Source: an uncultured Clostridia bacterium (GTDB taxonomy: Bacteria > Bacillota > Clostridia > TANB77 > CAG-508). From it: DNA of 64,000 nucleotides. Of the stretch, positions 48,044-60,526 are shown one piece after another. Under the pieces are notes generated by a model. It was given only the letters and a program-made list of their open reading frames with translations. It was not told where the DNA came from and did no database searches. The DNA is taken from NCBI GenBank assembly GCA_947628775.1, contig CANRBI010000002.1, positions 1,033-65,032 on the forward strand. Reading direction: 5' to 3'. Within the stretch, counting starts at the first letter, position 1, and each line of letters begins with the position of its first letter. A program made the position numbers and the translations under genes.

Positions 48044-48529
48044 ATGTCAGCATTAATGAATAAAGTATGGGATTTATTTGGAATGGATACAGCTGAGCCA
48101 GAAGAATATGATGAGGAGAATGTTTATGATTACCAAGATGAACAAGAGGAAGAAGTACAAGATGAAAGAAAATTATTTGGTAGAAAAAATAACAATAAAG
48201 TTGTTAATATGCCACAACAAAGTGGACAAGCAATAAAAATGGTTATATCACAACCAACAACATTTGAACAGTCAGATGAAATATGTGCATTTTTAAAAGA
48301 AAGAAAGTCAATAATTGTAAATTTAGAATATGTAAATAAAGATGTTGCAAGAAGAATAGTTGATTTTATTAGTGGAGGAGTTTATGCATTAGATGGATAT
48401 ATACAAAAAGTTTCAAATTCTATCTTTTTAGTAGCACCATCTAATTATGAAATTACAAATGATATGGCTAGAGAAGAAATGAAAAGTAAGCTTTCTGTTT
48501 CATGGCTTAAAAACAATAATCTAGGCTAA
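48044..48529 (+). CDS. sepF: cell division protein SepF
   Basis: AGGAGG RBS, acidic N-terminus, C-terminal DUF552 core (IIVNLEYVNKDVARRIVDFISGGVYALDGYIQKVSNSIFLVAP). Confidence 0.9.
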   Translation: MSALMNKVWDLFGMDTAEPEEYDEENVYDYQDEQEEEVQDERKLFGRKNNNKVVNMPQQSGQAIKMVISQPTTFEQSDEICAFLKERKSIIVNLEYVNKDVARRIVDFISGGVYALDGYIQKVSNSIFLVAPSNYEITNDMAREEMKSKLSVSWLKNNNLG

Positions 48530-48576
48530 TTTTGCTATGGCTATAAAGACAGAAAGTGTTGTTTGAGGAGGAAAAA

Positions 48577-49032
48577 ATGATTACACCATTAGATATCGAA
48601 AATAAAAGATTTTCTAAACAAATGATGAATGGTTATAGTGTAGAAGAAGTTGATGATTTTCTTGATGAACTAACAGTTGACTATACAAAAAACTATAAAG
48701 AAGTAGCAAAATTAAGAACAAAAGTAGAAGAATTAAACAATAGTTTATTACAATATAAATCAATAGAATCAACTTTACAAAATACACTTGTAATGGCACA
48801 AACCACAGCAGAAGAAGTAAAAAGTGTAGCTAAGCAAAAAGCTGATCAAATAGTAAATGACGCAAAAGCAGATATACAAAAACAAGTAGATGATTTAAAT
48901 AATCAAATTATGATGAAACAAAAAGAATTAGACGACATAAAAAAACAATTTGAAATATATAAAGCAAAAATGGAATCATTACTTATTTCACAATTAGAAT
49001 TATTAAAAGATATAAACAAAGATGACGAATAA
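48577..49032 (+). CDS. divIVA: DivIVA-domain cell-division/septum-site protein
   Basis: ATG 48577 after GAGGAGG. N-terminus MITPLDIENKRFSKQMMNGYSVEEVDDFLD followed by coiled coil. Confidence 0.9.
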   Translation: MITPLDIENKRFSKQMMNGYSVEEVDDFLDELTVDYTKNYKEVAKLRTKVEELNNSLLQYKSIESTLQNTLVMAQTTAEEVKSVAKQKADQIVNDAKADIQKQVDDLNNQIMMKQKELDDIKKQFEIYKAKMESLLISQLELLKDINKDDE

Positions 49033-49069
49033 ACAGTTTTTTATAAATTAAATTGTAACTAAAGAAGAA

Positions 49070-49106
49070 AGTAGTTGAAATATTATATTTTAACTGCTTT
49101 TTTGTT
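49070..49106 (+). terminator. rho-independent terminator
   Basis: 12-bp stem (two G-U pairs) at 49070-49081 / 49087-49098, then a T-run. Confidence 0.6.
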
Positions 49107-49215
49107 TTAATGTTGGAAGAATGTTACAAAATTATTAAATGTATGTTACAATTACGTTAATAGTATTGACATTATAAAAAAAAACGATAAAATAATATCA
49201 TAGGGGATAATAGGC

Positions 49216-49779
49216 ATGAGAGTTATAAGTGGAAAAGCAAGAGGTACAAAATTATATACATTAGAAGGATTAGAAACAAGACCAACACTAGATAGAGTAA
49301 AAGAATCAGTATTTAATATTATACAAAATGATGTACAACAATCTGTATTTTTAGATGTATTTTCTGGAAGTGGAGCAATAGGAATTGAAGCTGCAAGCAG
49401 AGGAGCCAAAAAAGTAATCATGTTTGAAAATTCAAAAGAAGCAATACAAATCATACAAAAAAATATAGAAAAAACACATTTAGAAAAACAAATTGTTTTA
49501 TATCAAGGAGATTATGAAAAACTACTAGATTCAAAATTACAAGAAAAACCTGATATAGTATATATAGACCCACCATATAAAACAGAATATGTAATAAAAA
49601 CAGTTCAAATATTATTGAAAAAACAATTATTAAAACCAAATACAATTTTAATAATAGAAACAGATATTGAAGAACAAATAATAAAACAACTAAAAGAAAT
49701 AAAGCAAATACAAATTAATAAACAGAAAAAATATGGGAGAATATCAATAATAATTATAAACTTAAACGAGCCTAATTAA
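49216..49779 (+). CDS. rsmD: 16S rRNA (guanine(966)-N(2))-methyltransferase RsmD
   Basis: MRVISGKARG..L....G..TRPT.DRVKESVFN, FSGSGAIGIEAASRGA, DPPY. Confidence 0.9.
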   Translation: MRVISGKARGTKLYTLEGLETRPTLDRVKESVFNIIQNDVQQSVFLDVFSGSGAIGIEAASRGAKKVIMFENSKEAIQIIQKNIEKTHLEKQIVLYQGDYEKLLDSKLQEKPDIVYIDPPYKTEYVIKTVQILLKKQLLKPNTILIIETDIEEQIIKQLKEIKQIQINKQKKYGRISIIIINLNEPN

Positions 49780-49794
49780 GAAAGGGGTAAAACC

Positions 49795-50298
49795 ATGGAA
49801 TTATTTACATTATTAGATGAATTAGAAGATTTATTAGAAAGAAGCAGAAATTTACCATTTTCTGCAAAGACAATTGTTAATAAAGAAGAGATCCTTGACT
49901 TGATAAAAGAAATTCGTTTAAAACTACCAGACGAATTAAAACAAGCAAAATGGATAAAAGAAGAAAGACAAAGAATCTTAGTTGAGGCTCAAAAAGAAGC
50001 AGATGATATTGTAAAAGAAGCTGAAAACCGAATTATAGCAATGATTGATGAACATGAAATAACAAGAAAAGCATATGATCAAAAAGCAGAAATTATAGAA
50101 ACAGCAAATGAAATGTCTAGAGAAATATCAAAAGGAACAAAAGAATATGCAGATAATTTACTAGGTGGAACTGAAAATGTATTATCTGATACTTTAGAAA
50201 AACTAGAAAAAAATATGACAGAAGCAATGAATTTAATGCAAATGTCTATGGAAGATACAATAAAAACAATACAAAATAGCAGAAAAGAACTTAAATAA
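49795..50298 (+). CDS. hypothetical coiled-coil protein (family often annotated as ATPase, downstream of rsmD)
   Basis: AAAGGGG RBS, 167 aa, helical and charged, N-terminus LLDELEDLLERSRNLPFS. Confidence 0.6.
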   Translation: MELFTLLDELEDLLERSRNLPFSAKTIVNKEEILDLIKEIRLKLPDELKQAKWIKEERQRILVEAQKEADDIVKEAENRIIAMIDEHEITRKAYDQKAEIIETANEMSREISKGTKEYADNLLGGTENVLSDTLEKLEKNMTEAMNLMQMSMEDTIKTIQNSRKELK

Positions 50299-50320
50299 AA
50301 GAAAGGAAAAAATACGAAAG

Positions 50321-50350
50321 GAGAGAAATTCCCGTTTCTCTCTTTGTTTT
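50321..50350 (+). terminator. rho-independent terminator
   Basis: gagagaaa / tttctctc stem (50321-50328 / 50335-50342) plus TTTGTTTT. Confidence 0.7.
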
Positions 50351-50367
50351 CTGGAAGGATGATGAAA

Positions 50368-52869
50368 ATGGCAAGAAAAAGCACAAATAATAGAAAAACG
50401 ACAGGAAAAAGAACAGCAAAAAGGAGTACGAAAAAACAAGCTTCTAAATTAGATTTAACAATAGTAGTCTTGTTTATTTTAAGTATACTTTCTGCTGTTT
50501 TAATTTATACTAAATCAGGAGTAATAGGAGTAAAATTAACAGAAGTTTTAGGAGGTCTTATGGGGGTAATACGCTATGTATTACCAATAGGTATTTTTGC
50601 AGTGTCAATTAGAATAGCAAGTGAAGATAGAGATGAGCTTTCATATAAATTAGCACAATATGTAATTTTCTTAATAAGTATAGCTACATTAATGTCTACA
50701 TTCCAAATATCAGGTGGAGAATTAATGGCAAATAAAGAACTTGCAGAAGTTGTAAAAGATGCATATAATATTGGAACAGCTGGAGTAGGAGGAGGAGCAA
50801 TAGGAGCAGCTATAGCAGTACCACTTGTTAACTGGCTAGGAATTGTAGGAGCAATTATCCTAAGTATAGGAGTAGCAATATTATTAATTGTATTTATGTT
50901 TGGAATACATACATCTGAAATGGTAAGTGATGCAGTCGAAAAATCACAACAAAGAAGACAAGAAAGATATGAAGCACGTAAAGAAAGATTAGAATATATG
51001 CAAAATCAACAATATGATGATGAATATGAAGAAGAACCACATGAAAGAAACACTAAAAAAGAAGCAAAAGGTAAAAACAAACAACAAAATGAGCAATTAG
51101 ATGGTCAAATAAATATTAATTTTGGTGGAAGAATTGTTGATGAAATGGAAAATAAAAACATAAAAAAATATGATCACAGCAACGATGATTTAGAACCATT
51201 AACAAAAGAAAGTAAAAAGCATTTATTTGATATGATGAAAAGAAATAATCTTTCAATAGATGAACCAGAACCAAAAGAAGAAATGCAACCAGATGTTATA
51301 GAAAATAATTTATTTAAACAAGAAGAAGAACAAAAACAAGACAAAACCAAAGAAGTATTACAATTAGAACATGCAATGGTAGTAGAAGATGAACATTATG
51401 AATATCCACCTGTAGAACTACTTGCAAAACCATCTAAAAAAGCTCTAAAAGGTGGAGCAAAAGCCTTAACAGATACAGCTACAAAACTACAAAAAACATT
51501 ATACAGTTTTGGGGTATCTGCAAAAGTAGAAAATGTGTCAGTAGGTCCTGCTATAACAAGATATGAACTAAAACCAGCAGAAGGAGTAAGAGTCAGTAAA
51601 ATAGCAAATTTAGCAGATGATATTGCATTAAATTTAGCAGCAGAAACAATACGTATTGAAGCACCAATACCAGGAAAACAAGCAGTTGGAATAGAAGTAC
51701 CAAATAAAGAAAAAGAAGCAGTACATTTAAGAGAAGTATTAGAAAGTGATGCATTTGCAAATCAAAGTTCAAAACTAACAGTAGCACTAGGAAAAGATGT
51801 TGCAGGAAATGTTCAACTAGCAGACATAGCTAAAATGCCACATGTTCTAATTGCAGGTTCAACAGGTTCAGGAAAGAGTGTATGTATAAACACAATTATT
51901 ACAAGTATTATTTATAAAAGTAAACCAAGTGAAGTAAAAATGGTAATGGTTGACCCTAAAGTTGTTGAACTTTCAGTATATAATGGTATACCACATTTAT
52001 TAATACCAGTAGTTACAGACCCTAAAAAAGCAGCAGGAGCATTAGCATGGGCAGTACAAGAAATGGATAATAGATATAATCTTTTTGCACAAAAAGGAGT
52101 AAGAGATTTAAAAGGATATAACAAAGCAGTTGAAAAAGATGAAGGAGCAGGTAAATTACCACAAATAGTCATAATAGTAGATGAGCTTGCAGATTTAATG
52201 ATGGTTGCAGCAAAAGATGTAGAAGAAGCAATATGTAGATTAGCACAAAAAGCAAGAGCAGCAGGAATGCATCTAGTAATAGCAACACAAAGACCATCAG
52301 TAGATGTAATTACAGGTCTAATTAAAGCAAATGTACCATCAAGGATAGCATTTGCAGTATCTTCACAAATAGATTCAAGAACAATATTAGATAGTGTAGG
52401 AGCTGAAAAATTACTAGGTAAAGGAGATATGTTATTCTTCCCATCAGGTTCACCAAAACCAATGAGAGTTCAAGGAGCTTTTGTTTCAGATGATGAAGTA
52501 GAAAAAATTGTAGACTTTGTAAAACAAAATGGAACAGCAACATATAGTGAAGATATACTTGAAACTATTGAAAACAGTAATAAAACAGATAAAGAAATAT
52601 CACAAGAAGCAGATAATGATGATGATACAGACCCATTTTTAATGGATGCAATCCAAACTGTTATTGAAACAGGACAAGCATCAACATCATTTATACAAAG
52701 AAGATTTAAAGTAGGATATGCTAGAGCAGGTAGAATTATAGACCAAATGGAAGAAAGAGGAGTAATTTCAGGATACCAAGGAAGTAAACCAAGAGAAGTA
52801 TTAATGACATTAGAAAAACTAAATGAACTAAAAATGGGAACAAGTGAAACAGCAGAAGTAAATGAATAA
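50368..52869 (+). CDS. ftsK: DNA translocase FtsK/SpoIIIE
   Basis: N-terminal TM helices, charged linker, motor domain with Walker A GSTGSGKS and Walker [13 protein letters not shown]. The gamma domain is a winged helix ([31 protein letters not shown]). Confidence 0.95.
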   Translation: MARKSTNNRKTTGKRTAKRSTKKQASKLDLTIVVLFILSILSAVLIYTKSGVIGVKLTEVLGGLMGVIRYVLPIGIFAVSIRIASEDRDELSYKLAQYVIFLISIATLMSTFQISGGELMANKELAEVVKDAYNIGTAGVGGGAIGAAIAVPLVNWLGIVGAIILSIGVAILLIVFMFGIHTSEMVSDAVEKSQQRRQERYEARKERLEYMQNQQYDDEYEEEPHERNTKKEAKGKNKQQNEQLDGQININFGGRIVDEMENKNIKKYDHSNDDLEPLTKESKKHLFDMMKRNNLSIDEPEPKEEMQPDVIENNLFKQEEEQKQDKTKEVLQLEHAMVVEDEHYEYPPVELLAKPSKKALKGGAKALTDTATKLQKTLYSFGVSAKVENVSVGPAITRYELKPAEGVRVSKIANLADDIALNLAAETIRIEAPIPGKQAVGIEVPNKEKEAVHLREVLESDAFANQSSKLTVALGKDVAGNVQLADIAKMPHVLIAGSTGSGKSVCINTIITSIIYKSKPSEVKMVMVDPKVVELSVYNGIPHLLIPVVTDPKKAAGALAWAVQEMDNRYNLFAQKGVRDLKGYNKAVEKDEGAGKLPQIVIIVDELADLMMVAAKDVEEAICRLAQKARAAGMHLVIATQRPSVDVITGLIKANVPSRIAFAVSSQIDSRTILDSVGAEKLLGKGDMLFFPSGSPKPMRVQGAFVSDDEVEKIVDFVKQNGTATYSEDILETIENSNKTDKEISQEADNDDDTDPFLMDAIQTVIETGQASTSFIQRRFKVGYARAGRIIDQMEERGVISGYQGSKPREVLMTLEKLNELKMGTSETAEVNE

Positions 52870-52892
52870 AAACAAAAGAAGGAGAGAAAGAA

Positions 52893-54503
52893 TTGAACAA
52901 TAAAAAGGGATTAATAGAAAAATTAGTAAAAAAAGATTTTAATAATGAATTAGAAGCATTATTAGAACAGAAATGTTATAGTGAGCAAACCAAAAATTCT
53001 CTCCTTAATATTTTATACAAAATAGAAACATCATACAAAGACATACAAACAGTTAAGCAAGATCTTGAAACAAAAGAACAATATATAGAAAAATTTATGT
53101 CTATTTTATATAATCAATGTGATGAAATTAATATTATAAAAATGAATGCAGAAAAAACAAAAATTCCAGAAAATAAAATGTTTTATATAAACAAATCAGA
53201 CAAAGAAATAGAATGTTATCCAATAGATAGAAAAATATTATATGCAATTTGGAAAATTGCAAAATCACAAACAATCATAAAAAATGATTATTATCTAATA
53301 GATGCTGTATTATCAGACTTAATAAATGCAGGAAATACAATCCAAAAAGTAGAACCTATTAGAGACTTTAATGGATATTCATGGACAACTATAACTAAAG
53401 AGATAGAAAGCATAGAACACAATCTAATTTATCAAAACTTAAGAATATTATTAAAAAATGAATTTTTAGAAAAATGGGTTTATGAAAAAGATTTTAGTGT
53501 AGACTATTATAAAAAGTTTCTAACAAAAATCAATAAAGAATATGGAAAAGAAATATCAGAAAATTTAATAACTGTACTAATCAAAATTGCAATATTATTA
53601 GAAGTCAAATTTGATAAAGACAAATTAACTAAATATATAAAAGATAAAAAAAGAATTGAAAATGAATTATCTAAAATGAACGAAAGAGAAAAATATATTG
53701 AAAGTGTAACAAGACAAAAATTAAATTTAGAAAAAGAAATAAGAAATATAGATAGAATTTTAAACAATAAAAATTTATTAAAAGAAGAATATATAAAAAG
53801 AAATGAAAATTTGCCACTAAGCAAAAAAATATTTAGTATGAAAGTATTAAATGGAATCATGCAAGAAGAAAGAAAACAACATGAGCAAAAAATAGAAGAA
53901 TTAAATGATATATTAAATCCAAGAAATTTTATAAAACACAAAAAAGAATTAGAAAATAAACAACAATATTTAAAACTTTTAGAAATAGAAGATTTAACAA
54001 ATGGTTTAAAAGATTATATTATGCAATTTCAATATATATTTTTAAAATGTTTACTAATAAAAGCAGATAAAATTCAAACAAAACAAGAAATAATGGAACT
54101 AATATATCATGTAAGATATTACTTATTATTAAGATATGATACAAGAAATAATGTCTATGAAAAGGCAGTAAAAAATAACAAAGAAAAAACACAATGGTTT
54201 AATGAAAGTCTGATAAAAGAACTAATATTAAAACTTGTAAAAAAAGCAGCTGAGTTAAATATAGTTCCACAATTTTCAAAAAATGAAGATTATCAATATG
54301 AAATATGGAAACATATCTTCCAAGTGAGAGTTATTAACTTAGAAGATTTATCAATAAAGTTAGAAAAACAAAAAGAAAAATATTATATACAACTTTTGGA
54401 TGAAGAAGTATTTCAAGAAAAGGTACAAATATTTAATGATTCAAATATTAATGAAAAAGAGCTAGAAATTCGAATGAACAAAAAGATAAAAGTATTTGAA
54501 TAA
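52893..54503 (+). CDS. hypothetical K/E/I-rich protein (536 aa)
   Basis: TTG start after AAGGAGAG RBS, long uninterrupted ORF, no recognisable motif. Confidence 0.6.
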   Translation: MNNKKGLIEKLVKKDFNNELEALLEQKCYSEQTKNSLLNILYKIETSYKDIQTVKQDLETKEQYIEKFMSILYNQCDEINIIKMNAEKTKIPENKMFYINKSDKEIECYPIDRKILYAIWKIAKSQTIIKNDYYLIDAVLSDLINAGNTIQKVEPIRDFNGYSWTTITKEIESIEHNLIYQNLRILLKNEFLEKWVYEKDFSVDYYKKFLTKINKEYGKEISENLITVLIKIAILLEVKFDKDKLTKYIKDKKRIENELSKMNEREKYIESVTRQKLNLEKEIRNIDRILNNKNLLKEEYIKRNENLPLSKKIFSMKVLNGIMQEERKQHEQKIEELNDILNPRNFIKHKKELENKQQYLKLLEIEDLTNGLKDYIMQFQYIFLKCLLIKADKIQTKQEIMELIYHVRYYLLLRYDTRNNVYEKAVKNNKEKTQWFNESLIKELILKLVKKAAELNIVPQFSKNEDYQYEIWKHIFQVRVINLEDLSIKLEKQKEKYYIQLLDEEVFQEKVQIFNDSNINEKELEIRMNKKIKVFE

Positions 54504-54520
54504 AGGAAGGGGAAATATGC

Positions 54521-56164
54521 ATGAAAATTACTTTTTTAGGTGCAACAAGAACAGTTACAGGTTCAAACTACTTAGTAGAAGCAGCAGGAAAAAAATTCTT
54601 AGTAGATTGTGGTATGTGGCAAGGAAAAGCTGAATTAGAAGAAGAAAATGCTACAGACTTTGAATACAACCCAGCAGAAATTGACTTTATGTTATTAACA
54701 CATGCACACATAGATCATTCAGGAAGGATACCAAAACTATATAATGAAGGATTTAAAAACAAAATATATGCACATAAAGCAACATGTGATTTATGTACTT
54801 TAATGTTACCAGACAGTGGACATATACAAGAAATGGAAATAGAATGGAGAAACAGAAAAAGACTACGTAAAGGAGAAGAACCTCGAGACCCTTTATATAC
54901 AGCAGAAGATGCAGTAAAGAGTTTACAAATATTTCAGCCAGTAAACTATGATGAAATAATAGACATCACAGAAAATATACATGTACGCTTCAATGATGCA
55001 GGACATATGCTAGGCTCAAGTATTATAGAATTATGGGTAGAAGAAGAAGGAAAAACCACAAAAACAGTATTTACAGGAGACTTAGGAAATAATGACATAC
55101 CACTTTTAAGTTCACCAACAATGATTGAAGATGCAGATTACCTTGTAATGGAATCAACATATGGAAGTAGATATCACATGAGAAACTATGAAAAAGCAGA
55201 ACTATTCTTAAGCATAGTATCAGAAACACTAGATAAACAAGGAACAGTAGTAATACCATCATTTGCAGTAGGAAGAACACAAGAAATATTATATGAATTA
55301 AACAATCTTAAAGATATAAGAAAAGACGAAGAATTCAGACGTCAATACAAAACACTAATGCAAGCCCCAGTATATGTAGATAGCCCACTTGCAATATCAG
55401 CAACAGAAGTTTTCAAAGAAAATATGGACTTATTTGATGAAGAAACACAAGCAGCAATATCTCAAGGAGATAACCCACTAGAATTTCCAGGGCTTAAATT
55501 TACTATGTCAACAGATGAATCAAAAGCCCTAAATGAAGACCCAACACCAAGTATAATAATATCAGCAAGTGGAATGTGTGATGTAGGAAGAATAAAACAT
55601 CATCTAAAACATAATTTATGGAACCCAAATAGTACAATTCTATTTGTTGGATACCAAGCACCAGGAACACTAGGATATAGTATAGTAAATGGAGCAAAAA
55701 AAGTAAAAATATTCGGAGAAGAAATAGCAGTAAATGCCAGAATAGAATATATAGAAGGATACTCAGGACATGCAGACCAAGAAGGACTAATGAATTTTAT
55801 ATATTCATTTGTAAAAAAACCAAAACACATCTTTTTAGTACATGGTGAAGAAGAATCTCAAACAGTATTAAAAGGCCTAATAGAAGAAAAAGCCAAATTA
55901 CCAGTTACAATACCATCATTTGGAGAAACTTATGAATTAGGAGAAGAAGTTGTATTAACACATAAAATCGAAAGAAAACTACCAGTTACTTTAAAAACAG
56001 AAGTTATAAAGAGACTAGAAAAAATCAAAGATGAATTAAAAGACATGGATGTATATGTTCGCGAAGACATGAACAACAAAGATTTAAGAGATGAAGACAT
56101 ATTCAGAATCAATGAAAAAATTAAAGATTTAGAAAAACAAATATTAAATGTAATTGAAGGATAG
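54521..56164 (+). CDS. MBL-fold beta-CASP ribonuclease (CPSF/Ysh1-like, COG1236)
   Basis: MKITFLGATRTVTGSNYLVEA, motif THAHIDHSGRIP, beta-CASP segment and C-terminal HGE. Confidence 0.8.
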   Translation: MKITFLGATRTVTGSNYLVEAAGKKFLVDCGMWQGKAELEEENATDFEYNPAEIDFMLLTHAHIDHSGRIPKLYNEGFKNKIYAHKATCDLCTLMLPDSGHIQEMEIEWRNRKRLRKGEEPRDPLYTAEDAVKSLQIFQPVNYDEIIDITENIHVRFNDAGHMLGSSIIELWVEEEGKTTKTVFTGDLGNNDIPLLSSPTMIEDADYLVMESTYGSRYHMRNYEKAELFLSIVSETLDKQGTVVIPSFAVGRTQEILYELNNLKDIRKDEEFRRQYKTLMQAPVYVDSPLAISATEVFKENMDLFDEETQAAISQGDNPLEFPGLKFTMSTDESKALNEDPTPSIIISASGMCDVGRIKHHLKHNLWNPNSTILFVGYQAPGTLGYSIVNGAKKVKIFGEEIAVNARIEYIEGYSGHADQEGLMNFIYSFVKKPKHIFLVHGEEESQTVLKGLIEEKAKLPVTIPSFGETYELGEEVVLTHKIERKLPVTLKTEVIKRLEKIKDELKDMDVYVREDMNNKDLRDEDIFRINEKIKDLEKQILNVIEG

Positions 56165-56173
56165 GAGTAAAAA

Positions 56174-58135
56174 ATGGAAAACAAATATTTAAATGAAGCA
56201 ATTATTGGTAACAAATCAATGCTAGCAACATATACAGAAAAAGGAGAATTACAAAGACTTTATTTTCCATGTAAAGATAATAGACAATACCTAGATTTTT
56301 TTCATACAGGAGTAAAAATAAATAGTTCAGATGTAATATATTTACATGATGATATAAATAATGTCTATAAACAATATTATGATACAGACACAAATATAAT
56401 AAATACAGAAATAACTAACACATATTTCAATCTAAAAATGTTACAAACAGATTTTGTAATGATAAAAGAAAATGTACTAGTAAAAAAATATACTTTTCTA
56501 AATGAAGCAAAAATAGATTTAGATGTAGAATTTTATATTCATTCTAGTCTACTATCTGACCAAAATAACATGGTAAGTGGTAAAGTAATAGATGGAGGAA
56601 TGCTACAATATGCACATGATTTCATGGTTTCAACATTTTCAAAAGAATATGATATATCAAAACATCAAATAAATGGAAGTGAATATACAATAAAAAGAGG
56701 AGAAATCTATGACAAAGACTATATAGGAATGTCACGAGATGTAAGCTTTAGCTATAATTTAGGAACAATAAAACCAGGAGAAAAGAAAGAAATCAATATA
56801 TGCATATATATAGGAGACAACATAAATATATCTGAAATGGAAACAGAAATAGATAGAATCACACGAATAGATTTAAACAAAGAATATACAAACTGTAAAT
56901 CATATTGGAGAAAATATGTAAAAACACATAATGGATTAAATATGAAAGAACCACAAAATAGTTATGAAGAAAAAATATATGAAATATACAAACGTAGTAT
57001 ATTATTATTTCCACTATTAGTAAATCCAGAAACAGGAGGAATAATAGCATCACCTGAAATTGATGAACTTAGGACACAATCAGGCGGATATGGATATTGC
57101 TGGCCAAGAGATGCAGTATTTATTACAAAAGCAATGGACATTTTAAAAATGAACAAAGAAACAGAAAAATTTTATAAAGTCTTTTGTAAAAAAACACAAA
57201 GCAAAAATGGAATGTGGGAGCAAAGATTTTATACAGATGGAAAATTAGCACCATCATGGGGCTATCAAGTAGATGAAACAGCAAGTGTCATATTTGGAGT
57301 ATACCAACATTATTTAGATGTAAAAAATGAAAAATTTTTAAAAGAAAATTTACCAATGTGTGAAAAAGCAACAGAATTCTTAAAAAGATATATAAAAGAT
57401 TGGTTACAAATAGATGGAAAAGAAGAAGTATATCAAGACAAAGTACAAGAAGAAATAGAAAGTAAAACAAATAATAAAGGACATAAATATCATATAAGTT
57501 ATGATTTATGGGAAATGTGTGAAGGTATACATCTATATTCAATAGCAAGTATATATGCAGCATTTGATACAATGTTAAAAGTATATAGAGAACTAGGAAG
57601 AAATCTATCAGATTTTGATAATAATCGTCTAAAAGAAGAAAAAGTATTCAAAAGTGAAAAAGAATTAGAAATACTAATGACAAAACTAAAAAGATATATA
57701 AATGATAATTTATATGACCTAGAAAAAAGATGTTATGTAAGAAATGCAGAAGACAAAAAAATGGATATAAGTATATTAGGAGCAGTTACACCATTTGCAG
57801 TATTTAAGCCAAAAGAAAAGAAAATACAAAACACAGTAGAAAAAATAAACCTATCTTTAAGAACATATACAGGAGGTTACCAAAGGTTTGAACAAGACAA
57901 TTATCGTAATGGAAATCCATGGATTATCGCGAATTTATGGATGACACTATATTACATAGAAGCAGGAGAAAAAAGAAAAGCAAAAGAAACATTTGACTTT
58001 GTTATAAAAACATGTGGCAAACATTATTTATTAGCAGAACAAATCAACAACGAAACACTAAAACCAGACTGGGTAATAGGTCTAGGCTGGTCACATGCAA
58101 TGTTTGTAATAGTATTAGAAAAATTATTTAAATAA
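56174..58135 (+). CDS. glycoside hydrolase family 15 (glucoamylase-like) protein
   Basis: (alpha/alpha)6 catalytic-domain motifs YGYCWPRDA, WEQRF and DLWEM. Confidence 0.75.
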   Translation: MENKYLNEAIIGNKSMLATYTEKGELQRLYFPCKDNRQYLDFFHTGVKINSSDVIYLHDDINNVYKQYYDTDTNIINTEITNTYFNLKMLQTDFVMIKENVLVKKYTFLNEAKIDLDVEFYIHSSLLSDQNNMVSGKVIDGGMLQYAHDFMVSTFSKEYDISKHQINGSEYTIKRGEIYDKDYIGMSRDVSFSYNLGTIKPGEKKEINICIYIGDNINISEMETEIDRITRIDLNKEYTNCKSYWRKYVKTHNGLNMKEPQNSYEEKIYEIYKRSILLFPLLVNPETGGIIASPEIDELRTQSGGYGYCWPRDAVFITKAMDILKMNKETEKFYKVFCKKTQSKNGMWEQRFYTDGKLAPSWGYQVDETASVIFGVYQHYLDVKNEKFLKENLPMCEKATEFLKRYIKDWLQIDGKEEVYQDKVQEEIESKTNNKGHKYHISYDLWEMCEGIHLYSIASIYAAFDTMLKVYRELGRNLSDFDNNRLKEEKVFKSEKELEILMTKLKRYINDNLYDLEKRCYVRNAEDKKMDISILGAVTPFAVFKPKEKKIQNTVEKINLSLRTYTGGYQRFEQDNYRNGNPWIIANLWMTLYYIEAGEKRKAKETFDFVIKTCGKHYLLAEQINNETLKPDWVIGLGWSHAMFVIVLEKLFK

Positions 58136-58139
58136 TATA

Positions 58140-58168
58140 TTGACCAATAATATTTTTTAATATACAAT
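58140..58168 (+). promoter_or_regulatory. sigma-A promoter (TTGACC-17 nt-TACAAT) of the glycolytic operon
   Basis: TTGACC at 58140-58145 and TACAAT at 58163-58168, about 50 nt upstream of gap. Confidence 0.6.
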
Positions 58169-58190
58169 GGTATTACATTAAAGTAAATAG

Positions 58191-59225
<1,035 letters not shown>

Positions 59226-59235
59226 AATATAAATT

Positions 59236-59266
59236 AAAAAAGAATGCTTGAAAAGTATTCTTTTTT
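59236..59266 (+). terminator. weak terminator/attenuator between gap and pgk
   Basis: 7-bp stem (one G-U pair) agaatgc / gtattct plus TTTTTT. Confidence 0.5.
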
Positions 59267-59328
59267 GATATACAATAGTATCAAGAAAAATAAAATGGAA
59301 ATAATAAACTATCAAGGAGGAAATATAA

Positions 59329-60513
59329 ATGGATAAAAAAACAATAAAAGATATTGATTTAAAAGGTAAAAAGGTATTAGTAAGATGTGATTTTAATGTT
59401 CCAATGGATGAAAATCAAAACATCACAGACAATAATAGAATTGTAGCAGCATTACCAACAATAAAATATCTATTAGAACAAGATTGCAAAATAATATTAG
59501 TATCACACTTAGGCAGACCAAAAGGAGAATTTAAAAAAGAATTTTCATTAGAACCAGTTGCAAAAGAACTATCAAAACTATTAAATATGGAAATAATAAT
59601 GGCAAAAGATGTAATAGGAGAAGATGCAACAGAAAAAGCTAAAAATTTAAAACCAGGAGAAATATTATTACTAGAAAATGTAAGATTTCACAGAGAAGAA
59701 ACAGACAATGACCCAGAATTTTCTAAAAAATTAGCATCAATGGCAGAAATATTTGTAAATGATGCATTTGGAACAGCACACAGAGCACATAGCTCAACAA
59801 CAGGAGTTGCTGAATTTTTACCAGCTGTTTCAGGATTTTTAATAGAAAAGGAGTTAAAATTCCTAGGAAATGCAATAAATAACCCAGAAAGACCACTTAT
59901 TGCAATCTTAGGAGGAGCAAAAGTATCTGACAAAATTGCAGTAATAGATAATTTAATAGAAAAGGTAGACACATTAATAATTGGAGGAGGAATGGCATAT
60001 ACATTTTTAAAAGCCCAAGGATATGAAATAGGTAACTCAATATGTGAAATCGATAAACTAGATTTAGCAAAACAACTAATGGAAAAAGCAAACCAAAAAA
60101 ATGTAAAATTATTACTACCAGTAGATACAAAAGTAGGAAAAGAATTCAAATCAGATACAGAAAGTAAAACAGTAAAATCTACAGAAATACCATCAGATTG
60201 GCAAGGACTAGATATAGGAGAAAAAACAATTGAACTATATTCAGAAGAAATAAAAAAAGCAAAAACAGTTATATGGAATGGACCACTTGGAGTATTTGAA
60301 TTTGATCAATTTAGTGTAGGAACAATAGCAATAGCAAAAATTTTAGCCCAAATAGATGCAACAACAATAATAGGAGGCGGAGATTCTGCAGCAGCTGTAA
60401 AAAAAGCAGGATTAGAAGATAAAATAACACATGTATCTACAGGAGGAGGAGCATCTCTAGAATTTTTAGAAGGAAAAAAACTACCAGGAATTGCTGCATT
60501 AATGGATAAATGA
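59329..60513 (+). CDS. pgk: phosphoglycerate kinase
   Basis: [16 protein letters not shown], and GGGDSAAAV near the C-terminus. Confidence 0.95.
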   Translation: MDKKTIKDIDLKGKKVLVRCDFNVPMDENQNITDNNRIVAALPTIKYLLEQDCKIILVSHLGRPKGEFKKEFSLEPVAKELSKLLNMEIIMAKDVIGEDATEKAKNLKPGEILLLENVRFHREETDNDPEFSKKLASMAEIFVNDAFGTAHRAHSSTTGVAEFLPAVSGFLIEKELKFLGNAINNPERPLIAILGGAKVSDKIAVIDNLIEKVDTLIIGGGMAYTFLKAQGYEIGNSICEIDKLDLAKQLMEKANQKNVKLLLPVDTKVGKEFKSDTESKTVKSTEIPSDWQGLDIGEKTIELYSEEIKKAKTVIWNGPLGVFEFDQFSVGTIAIAKILAQIDATTIIGGGDSAAAVKKAGLEDKITHVSTGGGASLEFLEGKKLPGIAALMDK

Positions 60514-60526
60514 GGAGGAAAAATAT

